From Octopus bimaculoides (Eukaryota), in assembly GCF_001194135.2 (NCBI RefSeq), contig NC_068982.1:50718587-50779620 (forward strand): a DNA stretch of 61,034 nt. Direction: 5' to 3'. Below the pieces are notes generated by a model. It did not search any database. It had not been told where the DNA came from and worked only from the letters and a program-made list of their open reading frames with translations. A program made the position numbers and the translations under genes. This document shows, one piece after another, positions 25,799 to 38,520 of the stretch (positions are counted from its first letter, which is position 1; every line of letters begins with the position of its first letter).

Positions 25799-25898
25799 AA
25801 ACGTGGATGTTCTGTTAGAACAAACTATACTGCGGTAGACACCATGAGAAAAACTCTCATATTGACTTATAGTTTGTTCTAACAGAACATCTGCGTTT
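25799..25898 (+). repeat. 100-bp inverted repeat (31-bp arms, 38-nt spacer)
   Basis: 25799-25829 pairs with 25868-25898 with two G.U pairs; the spacer holds a mini-hairpin atgaga/tctcat. Confidence 0.9.
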
Positions 25899-25904
25899 GT
25901 GTGC

Positions 25905-26118
25905 GTATGAGTGAGTGTGTATTTGTTTGTGTTTGTTTACTCCCTACCACTGTTTGACAACTAGTGTTGGTTTATTTACATCCCCTTAGGTTAGCGGTTC
26001 AGCAATAGAAACTTCAAAAAATTAAAATAAAATAAGTTCTGGGATAAATGTGTTCTCTTAAACCCTTGAAGGCGGTGTTCCATCGTGACCGTAGTCCAAT
26101 GACTGAGACAAGTAAAGG
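25905..26118 (+). mobile_element. SINE family A, degenerate 3' half
   Basis: tttgacaac..gtgttggtttatttacatcccc...gaaggcggtgttcca...aatgactgagacaagtaaa. Confidence 0.8.
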
Positions 26119-27104
26119 ACAAAATATATATACAGGGAATTTGTTTGCCTTTGAAACACATCAATCAAACAACCTCTTTTTCTATAGCTGCCACGGGAAC
26201 GCAGTTGAGCGCTGTATTTGCTAAAATTGGTTAATAGCATGATCTGTCTTACATGTAGTCGTATGTACTTAACACACAGTCAATGGTGGTTGAACTACGG
26301 ACAATGAACAAATTAAGAAACGAATTTGGTTCATGCTGTCAAATTTCTTTTACTTTATTTCAAATTGGCGGTGCCCTGTTTTTGTTACACTACAAGTTCA
26401 ATTAATTTATATTCAAAAACATTGGAAACCAGCATTTGCGTCACTTATCTACCAAGACTGAAACGAACAAGTGTGATATATCTTATAATAATTCTGCTTG
26501 TTCTTCCGTTACTTAGCCCGTCCGTATAGCTTCCATGTGATTAGTTGAAGGGGAAGGAGAGGGGGAATGGGAAGGGAGGAATATGGGGAAGGGGGAGAGA
26601 GGAAAGAATGGGAAGGGGAGGGGGAGGGGGAGAGGTGGTGGTGAGTGAAATGTGAATATTATTTTTAACTAAGTTTCTTCCCTCCGTTACTTAGCCCGCG
26701 TGTAACGCTTTCACGTGATTAGTTGAAGAGAAAGGTGAAGAGTGAGAGAGAAAGAGGGAGAGTGCTGTGTAATTAAGTCTATAAATTTCAAGTGCAGTAA
26801 GTAATCATTGTATTTCAGTTTCCTTCACTTTTTTAGTGATTAGCAGATGAGCGACTATCAGGCTTCGCTTTCAAGTCTTTTGTATAAAGTTTTCAGAAAT
26901 AACCCATTATGTTTACCATTAACTCCGTGAAATATTCATGAGTCTCGCTAGTTTTAATTAACCTTGTTGGGCAGATTTTTTTAATCTGGGAGACATGCTT
27001 CTGATCTAGTCACTATATGAATATGCATAACATTGAGAAATCGCTTCTATTGTGAGTTACAACAAGCAGTTCAGATTTGTTTTAAAAAGTATATATGCAG
27101 TGGT

Positions 27105-27316
27105 TTCAAGTTTTAGCACAAGGCCAGAAATTTTAAGGGAGGAGCTAGTCATTTACATCGACCCCAGTAATGAAATGGTATTTATTTTATCGACCACGAA
27201 ATGATGAAAGGCGAAGAGGACCTCGGCGGAAATCGAACTTAGAACGTGGAGACGGACAAAATGCCGCTAAGCATCTTGCCTGGCTTGTTGACGACTCTAC
27301 CAGCTCACTGCCTAAA
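27105..27316 (-). mobile_element. SINE family C
   Basis: Reverse complement of ggcagtgagctggtaga...ttctaagttcgatttccgccgagg...ttcgcctttcatc..gtcgataaaataa. Confidence 0.85.
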
Positions 27317-27603
27317 GTGTGTGTGCGTGTATGTGTGTACAATAAAAGCAGTAACATACCTGAATAGAAACTGCTAACTTACTCCTATATAGAACAGTAT
27401 AAACGTTATGTAGAACCATTGATGACAAACTTCTCAGATCTATTGAGACTCCGCAGTCCGAAATAAGCTATTTCATTAAACGTTTTGCAGTTTGAATTAA
27501 ACCACTTCATAGTCTCGTTACCTTACCTTAAAACCACTCTTCGAACCCAAAGAACGTCTTTGGTACACTTGCGTCAAGATTTCAAACATAGAAATTTCGA
27601 ACA

Positions 27604-27668
<65 letters not shown>

Positions 27669-27711
27669 CAACAACAATAATAATAATAATAATGATAATA
27701 ATAATAATAAT
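27604..27711. repeat. (ATA)n microsatellite
   Basis: Directly visible. Confidence 0.97.
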
Positions 27712-28228
27712 TAATTCGTTTTATTGGCCACAAGGGCTAATATCAATTAAAAACATATAAGGACAAAGACAGGACGAAGGTTACAAAAGGTTTTGTCCGA
27801 AAAGGTAGGAAAGTTCGTCTAAACAGAGGAAGAAAACGGAGAAAGATATAATAAATAAATAGATAAATAAATAGATAAATAAATAAGTAGAACTCCCAAA
27901 GGGGGAGGCGCTTCGAAAAAGGAAAGGTTACACGTGGAAAAACCCATAAAACCACGGGAGCCTGGTCAGAAAAAATAAGAAAGGGGTATAGAGCCCTTTC
28001 TCCTTTTACATTACCTTTTTTTTCTCTTTTTTTTTTTTTTTTCACAAGTGTATTCTCAGAATTGGTCCGTTTATACTGGCCATTCTTCCAACAGTCACCC
28101 ATCTTTCAACGAATTTGCTATGAGACAGCATGAGAATGTCAGAATATAAAACTAATTCATATGGGAAGCATGAAACCCAAATTGAATGGAAATTTAATCT
28201 ATGTTTGAAATCTTGTTTATTAATGGTC

Positions 28229-28267
<39 letters not shown>

Positions 28268-29230
28268 ACAGAGATTAGTTGTTTTGTAATCAAACCTACT
28301 GGTCCTGAATATAGGATTTATCAACGAATATATATGTAACTTGTTTTTACTTTTTCATGTGTGTATCGTTGAACTGCAGCTAGTGTCACATATAGATTGG
28401 TATCCCTGCTGATGTTCATTCTCTCCTTGATTGAGCTGAAATGTAAGTTTCTAATATTATCTGGTCTTGTTTTGGCAGCTAAACTACAACCCTTTTCTCA
28501 TCATCAGAGCATTGCTTCTTTATAACTATTCAATAATTATTCCCATGGTCGTTATTCTACTAAACATTGTTTCATGTAACCGCTCTGAAGATAACGCTTA
28601 TTAAGCTAATGGCTTATCTTCCAATTAAATCTCATTACTTTACAATTATTGTCCCCTCTTCTAAGAAGTGTTTCCCCACAGTAGATTTTCAGTAGTTTTC
28701 TTGCCTCGAAAATTCGTCTTAGACAACTCTCTTCTTTTTTTCAAGATTAATATGATCTCAATTCTTTCAAATCTTATGTTTGTCGATTTATAATTCTTAA
28801 GGCAGTATCACATTAGATTATGAACTACCAACACGTTTCCATCTTCTTAGATCTTGTTAGCGAATCATATTCGCTTCCAGTTATTTTATCTTAACAGAGA
28901 AGAATCAAATTTAGATATGGGAATGCATACACAGAATTTGAATTGATTATATATAATTAACAAATGGTAGATGGAAAAGAAAACACCTCAGGGAAATACA
29001 CTGCTGTAATATCTGAGTTCACAAGCATAGATTCACACACTCATATATTTACACACATACACACACACACATACACACACATATTTATATATATATATAT
29101 ATACGATGATTTGCATATGCATTCTCAATACGTAAGAATAGAAATATTTAAAACTTTTGCTAGCTCGGCACAAACATATAGGAAGTTGTACAAACGATAA
29201 GATCGACCTCAGGATATCTTTGTTACTTAC

Positions 29231-29304
29231 TCTTTTAAGCCCGAAACGATAAAAGGAAAAATTTGCACGCAGCTGATTTTGAACTTGGAACATAAGGGGG
29301 TCAT
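29231..29304 (-). CDS. Candidate first coding exon (MTPLCSKFKISCVQIFPFIVSGLK, phase-2 donor)
   Basis: ATG at 29304, consensus donor AGA|GTAAGT at 29230, downstream of the GC-rich patch. Phase is compatible with the 15215 exon. Speculative. Confidence 0.15.
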
Positions 29305-29399
29305 AGATAAATACCTCAAGATACTTCAACCACTGCACTTGCTATTTCAGCCAAACCACCTCCTTTATGGCAGCTTGAATACTGAAATCAAATCAAACT

Positions 29400-29640
29400 G
29401 CAATGCTGCGGTTCCTTTGCCCCTTTGTTCTTCTTTAGTCAATCTGTCGCCGCCGCCACCAACTTAGCAGCCAAATCGTCGCCATTCTACTGCCGGTCTG
29501 CTAAATAGATGGTTGTTGGTCCGTTGAGTGGCAGACATGTCGCTGGGATTTAGGAACCAATCGGTTTCGCTTTGTTGCCGCCCCAAACAACGTTCACTAT
29601 TCACTGACGCCTTTTATATTCTGTATTTGGAGATGAAATT
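29400..29640. promoter_or_regulatory. CpG-rich promoter-like patch
   Basis: Non-repeat GC/CpG-rich island in AT-rich DNA, with CCAAT (about 29557), a GC box (ccgcccc, about 29578), TATAAAAG on the minus strand (about 29613-29620) and an adjacent (CT)n tract. Orientation is ambiguous. Confidence 0.3.
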
Positions 29641-29712
29641 GTTTACGAGTAGCAAATGCCTTCTTGAATGACTGTTGTCAGCAGCTTGTTAAGATTAACT
29701 TCACTATACTCT

Positions 29713-29752
<40 letters not shown>

Positions 29753-30077
29753 NNNNNNNNNNNNNNNNNNNNNNNNNNNNNNNNNNNNNNNNNNNNNNNN
29801 NNNNNNNNNNNNNNNNNNNNNNNNNNNNNNNNNNNNNNNNNNNNNNNNNNNNNNNNNNNNNNNNNNNNNNNNNNNNNNNNNNNNNNNNNNNNNNNNNNNN
29901 NNNNNNNNNNNNNNNNNNNNNNNNNNNNNNNNNNNNNNNNNNNNNNNNNNNNNNNNNNNNNNNNNNNNNNNNNNNNNNNNNNNNNNNNNNNNNNNNNNNN
30001 NNNNNNNNNNNNNNNNNNNNNNNNNNNNNNNNNNNNNNNNTATATATATATATACAATATGCACACAGTATTCATGG

Positions 30078-30115
<38 letters not shown>

Positions 30116-30766
30116 TGTATGTATGTATGTATGTATGTACGTATGTATACGTCGTTAGACATATATAAATTTACATATAGATATATTCATATACACACAT
30201 GCATAGATACACATACACACATATGTCGCCATTTCTATTGAAGTGAACATTCTCACAATACCTGTTCACGAATATATGTACAAACATACGATTACATATT
30301 ATACTTACGAATATACACACATACTCAAATGCATATTAACACGCTCACACACTCCGAAACGTTTCCACGAACTCGCAGAGACACTTTACGTTACATACAA
30401 ACAATATATATGTTATGTTATGCGTATTCGTAAATATATATAAATATATATTATGGTTTGTGAAACCACATATACAAAAAATAATCGATCATTTCACTAG
30501 AGTTAGTGATTGATTTCAATGCAGTCGATTGGAACGGTGGCTGTATATAATCATCTTTTCAACAAATAATAATGATTTCTAACATTGGTGCAAGGCCAGT
30601 AAATCCCGGACAGGGAGAAAAAGAAAAGACGATTAGAGAAAAATTAAATGGATAAAACAGAGGGAAGGAGGTGGAATTACCTAGGGATGACTTCTGCATG
30701 AAATACAAGCAGCGAATTAGTAATAACATGCGTGGAGAGCAAAGAAATATAATTAATTACACTATA

Positions 30767-31183
30767 GGCGCAGGAGTGGCTGTGTGGTAAGTAGCTTGCT
30801 TACCAACCACATGATTCCGGGTTCAGTCCCACTGCGTGGCACCCTGGGCAAGTGTCTTCTACTATAGCCTCGGGCCGACCAAAGCCTTGTGAGTGGATTT
30901 GGTAGGCGGAAACTGAAAGAAGCCCGTCGTATATATGCATNNNNNNNNNNNNNNNNNNNTATACATGTGTGTGTGTGTGTTTGTGTGTCTGTGTTTGTCC
31001 CTCCACCATCGCTTGACATCCGGTGCTGGTGTGCTTACGTCCCCGTAACTTAGCGGTTCGGCAAAAAGAGACCGATAGAATAAGTACTAGGCTTACAAAA
31101 AATAAGTCCTGGGTCGATTTGCTCGACTAAAGGCGGTGCTCCAGCATGGCCGCAGTCAAATGACTGAAACAAGTAAAAGAGTA
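30767..31183 (+). mobile_element. SINE family A, full-length, best-preserved copy
   Basis: ggcgcaggagtggctgtgtggtaag (A box), gggttcagtccc (B box), central microsatellite with a small gap, tail gactgaaacaagtaaaagag. Confidence 0.95.
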
Positions 31184-33168
31184 TAAATCCTTTATCTGTT
31201 TTGTACTGGTGAGACTCAAGTAGGTCGAGATATTAAGTATATTAAGGATTGTATAAGGATAAAATCCTCAACAGATAAAATGAAAAAGAAAAAATCCAAT
31301 GCGTAAAGGAATAAGCACTACCCATTCCATCGAACTCAAATTTGAAAAATATAAACTGAATAATATTGACTCGCGACGGATGAAGAGCAACTAATCAGCT
31401 AACAGTTAAAAAGTTCTACAGCTGCAAAAGAAAGATCCCACATTATGTCCTCGTTTCACTTTTGTGTCTCTGGTTGGACAAACCTAATACAATTTCGGTA
31501 AAGTCAACTATCCCAAGTAGTGAGAGAAATAAAAGTTGTCGTGAGCGGAAAACAATTGAATTTAATATATATACATCCGTATTGAGGATAAAAATCACCA
31601 ACTGAATGATTAATTCTGGCAAAAAATTTGATTTAGTTACAATTAATTAAAAATTGACAATGATAGTCAATGAAGCGTGAGTTTGAGTTTTGAAAAGTAG
31701 TTACAACTCCGGACATGTTTCCGTCTTATTAAATTTTTTCAGTAATGCATAGCTATTAGTTGACTGTACGGTTTACATTGTTCGAGCTACTGAAGTACTG
31801 GCTGATCGAAATGTTGTGTAAGTAACTGAATATTCCCCCAGACGTTTGTGCTCTTTATGTAATCTTCAAGCGAAAGTGACACAGCGAGTAGCAAAGCTAG
31901 ACCTTCAAATCATTAAACTATCTATTTATAGGATTCCAGCCAGTTTCCACCATCTTTTATTTCTCACCAAAAGCTTGTACCGACTATAGGTTTCGCAAAA
32001 GACACCTACCCAAAATGGCATTTGCTAATCACCCTTCCGATGAAAATATTAGGCGTTTCCAGTTTGAAGACATTAATGTACCCGGATTCACGCGAGTTGA
32101 TATTTTTACTTATTTGTTAGGTATTGCCTCATTATGTACGCTTGTTTGCACTATACGCAGCAAAATACCGACCACATAATGAATCTTTGAAACAGCTGAC
32201 TTTTGAGTCAACACAATAACTCTAAGAACAATACCCCAGAAGAATTTCCTTATTTCCTTCTCTTCAAATTATCTTGATCAGAATGAAGTCAAGTTAGCTT
32301 TACAAGCTGGAAGAATTCTATAAGCTCTATCAACCACTTCAATACAACATTACAATATCTTTTCTTATTTGTATGTGATTTTACCACTTAATGGTAATTA
32401 GCTTTCGAAATTATTGATTTATCATACTAACGTACAGACACACAAGACCGCGTATTAAAATTTATACTGGATTGACAAAGTATAAATTGAATTTTCGTTT
32501 TTGAAGCATAAAAATTCTCTAAAACATAAGGATAAAGTTTTCGACAAGTTCCTTCAAATAAGTTTGGTTCTTTAAAGAATCAAGCCGGTGGCGTTTGAAA
32601 TATAATATGTGGTTCCCTACCAGCACAATTCTTATGATATAAAACCATGTTGTAAGTTACGTCTAATTTTTCTTATCCTTTCAAGACACATGCATTAAAC
32701 ATAATGTGAACTAATAAGCCCCTGCAAGCACGCTATACAATTTGCTTTGCAACTTGCTTTGCAACTTGCTTTGCTATTTGCTTTGAAATTTGCTTTACAT
32801 ATTTACTTCCATGTCTCTTTCCTAACGATTGATCTCCGAGCAAACGTTCTTGGTCGTAATATTCTGAACATATGCACCCATATGTTAGCTTTTCTACACT
32901 ACTTTGCCCATCAGCGCAACCACATTTTCGTCGCACAAAACTTTTTGGTGATTCTTTAAAAAAATTCCTTACCCCACATTCGCATGATTTTTTAATCCAA
33001 GTCTTTTATTTCCATCTTTATTATACGTATATTTTTTTAAACATTGTCTTTCATTAACTCTTTACGCATGGTTTTTCATTTTCATTATTTATTGTTCAGT
33101 TTGCACATCTTTTCCCGCTCTCTCTGCTTCTTCCATTATTATCTTTTCATTTATTCCTTTGCCTAACC

Positions 33169-33546
33169 CAGTGGATCTCAACCATGGTCCATATGGCCCC
33201 TGAGGGTCCATATAAAATTTTTGGGGTCCACGCAACAAAATAATAAAATGAGGATCCACAATAGTATTTTAAGGGACCCTGAACAATTTTTACTTTAGAT
33301 GTATGCATTAGTGTGTATTGCAAGAAACAATTAGGTTTCTTTCTCTAACATTTTACATAGTCCAATCTACACGAGTTAATATGTGAAAAACAAAATAGGA
33401 ATTTTCAAAGAAGTGTCTATGAAACTTGTTTTTCGACATCGAATGGTTATGGGGATCCACCAGAATAAAACAGTAATCAAAGGAGTCCATCAGAATAAAA
33501 TAGTAATCATAGGGGTCCATAGATAAAAAATGGTTGAGAACCCCTG
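33169..33546 (+). mobile_element. 378-bp hAT-superfamily MITE with 8-bp TSD
   Basis: TIRs cagtggatctcaacca / tggttgagaacccctg; perfect TSD gcctaacc at 33161-33168 and 33547-33554. Confidence 0.95.
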
Positions 33547-34149
33547 GCCTAACCGGTAGGATTCCATCCCTGCTTACTTCTTCACCCCTTGATTTTAATG
33601 TGCAATTGTTTTATTGTCAACCAAAATGTATGTTTCACCTCATATATTATGTATTCAGTCAGAACTTGGCTAGTTATACAAATATTGCCATTCAATCTTA
33701 TATATGATTTATAAGTTATATAAGTTAAGGTTAAGATTTTAAATATGAATTGTGTAAACTCTTCGCAAATATCTTATTATATTCATGGATTTAATTCTTT
33801 TCATGAATATAGAAGTTATATGTGACATTTTACCATGTTAGATTGTAGTAGAATATCTATCATGTTGGTGATTAAGTAACTCCAAAATTAGAGACTTTCC
33901 ACTCAAGTTCTAAGAAAGCTTTGTAGTTAGATTATACAAGCAAAATGTTTATATACCAAAGTTTGGTAGGAGAGAATTGAAGCGAATATGTTTGGTATAA
34001 TCGGTAAAGGGGTCACCTAGCTGCGACAGAAACAAGGCTTGAGTCCTACGAGGTAATTTTTTTTGTTCCAGAACCACGCTTGTAGAATCCACATATCGTG
34101 TGTGTCTGTGTAAATATTCTAGGGACCCTCCCGTCGAAGACGACGACTG

Positions 34150-34425
34150 AGTGTTCAACTTTTTGCCGAACGACCTGCACAAATGATTTGTTTATAGTGA
34201 TCAAATGTTCGTGCCACGCATTAGTTCGCTCTCTTCATCAAATCGACGCTGTCTGAATAGGTGCACGGTGTACCACACGTCAGGTGTCGAAGTGATAGCA
34301 CAGCAACATGAGATGAAGCTTTTTAGCTAAAGAACTCAATACACAACCTGGTCTAGGAACTGAAATCACAATCTAACGATCTATCGATCGTGAGTGCAAC
34401 ACACTAGCCACTAAGCCATGCGCCC

Positions 34426-34430
<5 letters not shown>
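34150..34430 (-). mobile_element. tRNA-derived SINE, family E
   Basis: Minus head gggcgcatggcttagtggctag...ttcagttcctagacc...; the body differs from families A-D. Confidence 0.7.
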
Positions 34431-34493
<63 letters not shown>

Positions 34494-34776
34494 CACATAA
34501 GATGTGTGAAATATTAAAACAAAGAGTTATTAATGAGGGATTATATCAATCAGGACAAAATACTTATAAGCTCTCTATTAATACAAATACATCAGGCAAA
34601 ATAAAAATTTTCAGACTAGTAAAGAACTTTGCGAATACTTGTGGCAGTGTCCGAGGTAACAGTTCATCCCCATTCTATAATGCATATCCATGGCTGTATT
34701 CCCTGTTAGACTCGTCTTATACACAGTTATGTACAAGACAATATAATAGTCATTACACATTCCTTTATTTTAGTTT

Positions 34777-34845
34777 GACTTACAGCTGTTTCTGATTGTC
34801 ATTATAGGTTCGTTTATTAATTGGTTTATTCAATCAGTCCATTGA
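34777..34845 (-). ncRNA. Degenerate hammerhead-like motif, same stem III as 12549
   Basis: Minus strand GACU.GAUUGA ... caatca GAAACAGCUGUA AGUC. The 3' half is perfect and AGUC pairs with GACU, but the CUGANGA core is damaged. Confidence 0.3.
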
Positions 34846-35415
34846 TCAGTTGAGAAAAATTGAACGACCTTAAAGAATTAATGCTATATGATGTATATTA
34901 TATATACATATATAATGTATGTATATATTATACATTATATATGATGAATGTATATATCATATATTGGTATATATATATATATAAGCATCTCATATTCCTC
35001 TCTCATGATTTTCTTGTCTTATGTTCATCTCCTATGTTCCTGCCTTGATTCGTCTTTATTAGTTGAAAGACATCTGTTGTTATTTTCTTGTTTGTATTTG
35101 TAATTGTGTAACATTTTCTCGGGTTTTTTTTTTGTCTTTGTTGTCGTACACATTCCCTTGCTTTCTTCTAAAACATTTAATGCTCTTAGCTCAGAGTTTT
35201 GGGGCTAACCAGATTTGAACAGACTCAAATGTAACCGGCCGAAACTGTAAGGATAATCTGGAAACTTGACTGAGGAGAGAAGGCTGCGAATGACTCGTCC
35301 TTGTCTTTTCTTGTCTATTTTATTTTCTTGTCCTTTGTATCGTCTATCTGTCCGGATGTTTTATTGTCGTCTGTTGCGTTCTTGTTCCTTTTTTGGGGTT
35401 TATATATATACATAT

Positions 35416-35480
35416 ATGACCCTGCTAACCAGGTTACGGCTGGGAGAGTAACCCAGCCGTAGCCTGGTTGGTAGGGTCAT
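35416..35480 (+). ncRNA. 65-nt hairpin, 29-bp stem, 7-nt loop (pre-miRNA-sized)
   Basis: atgaccctgctaaccaggttacggctggg / cccagccgtagcctggttggtagggtcat; all 29 positions pair, three as G.U. The DNA inverted repeat is certain; RNA function is not shown. Confidence 0.35.
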
Positions 35481-35659
35481 CTTTCACTATGTTCTATTTT
35501 GTGAGAAATTTTAAGTATTAAATTTTACACAGCGAGATTATTTTTCCCATGATGTAACACTTTTGTTCCTCAATATAGAACGCGCCTGAAACAACTCTAG
35601 TGAAGCTCAACCCATTTGTGTTATTTATTATTCTTCACCAAACATGCGACTTTATGTAT

Positions 35660-36066
35660 ATTCTTTTACTCTTTTACTTGTTTCAGTCATTTGACTGCAG
35701 CCATGCTGGAGTACCGCTTTGGGGGGTTTTAGTCGAACAAATCGAACCCAGGACTTATTTTTAAAGCCTAGTTCTTATTCTATCAGTTTCTTTTATTGAA
35801 CCACTAAGTTACGGGGACGTAAACACAACAACACCGGTCGTCACGCAGTTATAGGGACAAACACAGACACAAGGATACACACACTCATGTATATATATAC
35901 ATATATATACTATGGGCTTCTTTCAGTTTTCGACTACCAAATCCACTCCCAAGGGTTTGGTTGGTCCGAAGCTGTAGTAGAAGACACTTTCCCAAAGTGT
36001 CACGCAGTGGAGCTGAACCCGGAACCATGTGGTTGAGAAGCAAGCTTCTTACCACACATCCGCGCT
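35660..36066 (-). mobile_element. SINE family A, near full-length
   Basis: Starts ttcttttactcttttacttgtttcagtc and ends cttaccacacatcc; reverse complement of 30767-31183. Confidence 0.93.
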
Positions 36067-36649
36067 ACATATATGTATATATATATACATATATGTATAA
36101 AGATAGAAAAAGATAAAGAGACCAATAGCAAAGTTAGAATTATATTTTATGTATATATATAATCATGATATTAATAAAAGTAACACCAATACAAGTGATA
36201 ATATGTAATTAAATGTCAATCATTCGAACGTTTCCTTTTTGATCCAGCCAAGATGTCTTCCACTAGGACACGAACGTACACGCATATCCCTACACACAAA
36301 CACGCACGCACACACATTCACACACACACACACACACACAACATTTTTCTCCTCTCTCTCCCAACCCTCTCTCCTACTCTCCGTCTCTTAGGTTATTTCT
36401 CTCTTTTCCGTGAGTCATGTCCATATGGAAACCGTCACGAGTACGGTGGTATTTGACAGCACAGCAAGTCAGTCAAAACAAGTTTTCCACCCGCCAAAAA
36501 AAAACCCAAAAAAAAAACGAAAACAAAACAATACACCATAACAACTGATTATGTTTTAAGCTCCCAACGTCCTTTCATACTTTGCCGGATGTTTCTGACA
36601 GCTCAATGCCAAACAGTAACCCCCCAACCCGCTCCACCTACCTCAACTG

Positions 36650-36860
36650 CTGCTGTCAACATTGCCGACTGTCATCATCATACTGTCATCAGTAGCAACA
36701 GCAGTAGCAGCATCAATGGCATCATCGTCGTCATTATCACCACCATTATCAGCACCATCGTTCTCGTCATCATCTTCTTCCTCGTCACTCTTACCAACAC
36801 CCACGACATCATCATCATCATCATCATCATCCTCACCATCATCATCATCATCATCATCAG
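36650..36860. repeat. Degenerate (CAT)/(CAG) trinucleotide tract
   Basis: Source of the poly-Asp, poly-Ser and poly-Ile ORFs. Confidence 0.92.
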
Positions 36861-38254
36861 AGCTAGCCATTACCTCTACCTTGTACTATTACTAACATCT
36901 ACAGTTAAATTAGTCGCCAAATAATCTTTTTTTCTTCTCGGTATGCAGCACTGTAGCACAATAGAGTGTTAGTCCTATATATCCCCCAGTAAATATGGTT
37001 ATTCCAATCTTTATTATTGTTATATTCTCTCAGAATTATTCTTTACCATTGTTGCAACTAAAACCCTCCATTTTCTCTTTGAGAGGGGATTCCGAATTCA
37101 AACAGGAAATTGTATTATTTCCGAACTGAAAGAACAGAGACAAAATCAATCACGTGTCTGTCTGTATGTACGCGTGCGCGCGTGTATGAAAGCATGAATG
37201 AGAGAGTTTTTCTCCTTTTTTTTTCTTTTATGTGCGTACGTATGCAGGTGTCTTGCTATATGTGCATGTATATAAATATACACACTGACACACAGTTGTA
37301 CGTATGTACGTACGTATGTATGTATGTATGTATGCATGTATGTATGTTTGTTTGTATGTATGTATGTATGTCTATGTATGTATGGGTATGTATGCATGTA
37401 TGTGTGTTTGTGCGTGTGCGTGTGTGTATACACTAATGTATATATACAAACATGGATACACGTAAATCAGTCAGAATTAGAAACTTCTCAACAAGAAACG
37501 AAACTACGAATGTGCAAACCACAATGCGTATTTCTTGTAACATGTTATGCAAAATTGCAATGTAAACATGAAAACTGCAAACTTCACAGCTCAAGTTGCT
37601 AAATTGGCCACACATGTACAACACTTTCCCACCGGTTGACTATGTATTTACAACAAGAAAACAATATGTTGCATTACCAAACCGAACACGAAACCAAACT
37701 AAATAGAAAAAAAATACATCATTACCCTATTGAGTTCACCTTGGCTTTATATAGTCTTTGTTAAGTTAACATTTTTTAGAGCAGGTGGCGCTCTGTTAAA
37801 TAATAGGTTGTAGGGTTGTGATCAAAAGAAAGATTGTTTTATTGATTAAAACTGAAGTTGTGTTATTTTCCAGAATTCACTCATGCATGTAGGACTTTGT
37901 AGTCAGGTGTGCCTATTTAGATGTCTCAGCTTCAAGTTTTGGAGCTGTTTTTAGGGATTCACAAAAGAATGTAACTAGGTGAAAAGGTTAGTTGATAAGC
38001 AGAAGTGTCCCTACATTTTGTAGTTGATTACATTTGGCTACAAATAGGAGATTTAATGATTTTATAGCCTTCACCTTCTAATAACACTAATCACAGTTCA
38101 GCATGTAAAACTATATACACACATATATACAGGGATAGTCGTAAGTCGCTTTACCCAGTTCTAATAATAAGAAACACGAATGGGTAAAGTGACTTATGGC
38201 TATGCTTGTATATGTTAGGGTGACGGAGGATTAACCTAGCTTAGAATTATTCTA

Positions 38255-38282
38255 ATTATCCTTATCATCATCATCATCATCG

Positions 38283-38343
<61 letters not shown>

Positions 38344-38520
38344 CATCATCACCATCATCATCACCATCATCATCACCATCACCATCATCATCATTATTAT
38401 TATTATGATTATCTTTATTATTATGATCATCACCATCATCATCATTATCATTAACATTGTTATCATTATTATTGTTATTATTATTATTATTATTAACAAC
38501 AAAAACAACAATAATAGTAA
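38255..38520. repeat. Compound (ATC)n/(ATT)n microsatellite
   Basis: Directly visible. Confidence 0.96.

Noticed and set aside
28400-28900. Possible L1/Tx1 RT C-terminal remnant (minus: NWKRI, CGETLL)
   Set aside because: Only short motifs among many stops.
30767-30845. tRNA genes at SINE heads (also 41130, 44076, 60423)
   Set aside because: A and B boxes are present but no complete cloverleaf or acceptor stem, and each continues into a SINE body.
31696-31820. Hammerhead remnants on both strands (GAAACAUGUC minus; CUGAAGU..GAAAU plus)
   Set aside because: Cores are mutated and stems I and II do not pair; indistinguishable from chance.
35195-35300. Hammerhead-like pieces (ggccGAAACUGUA, CUGAGGA gag..ctc)
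   Set aside because: Core and GAAA halves do not occur in a pairable order.
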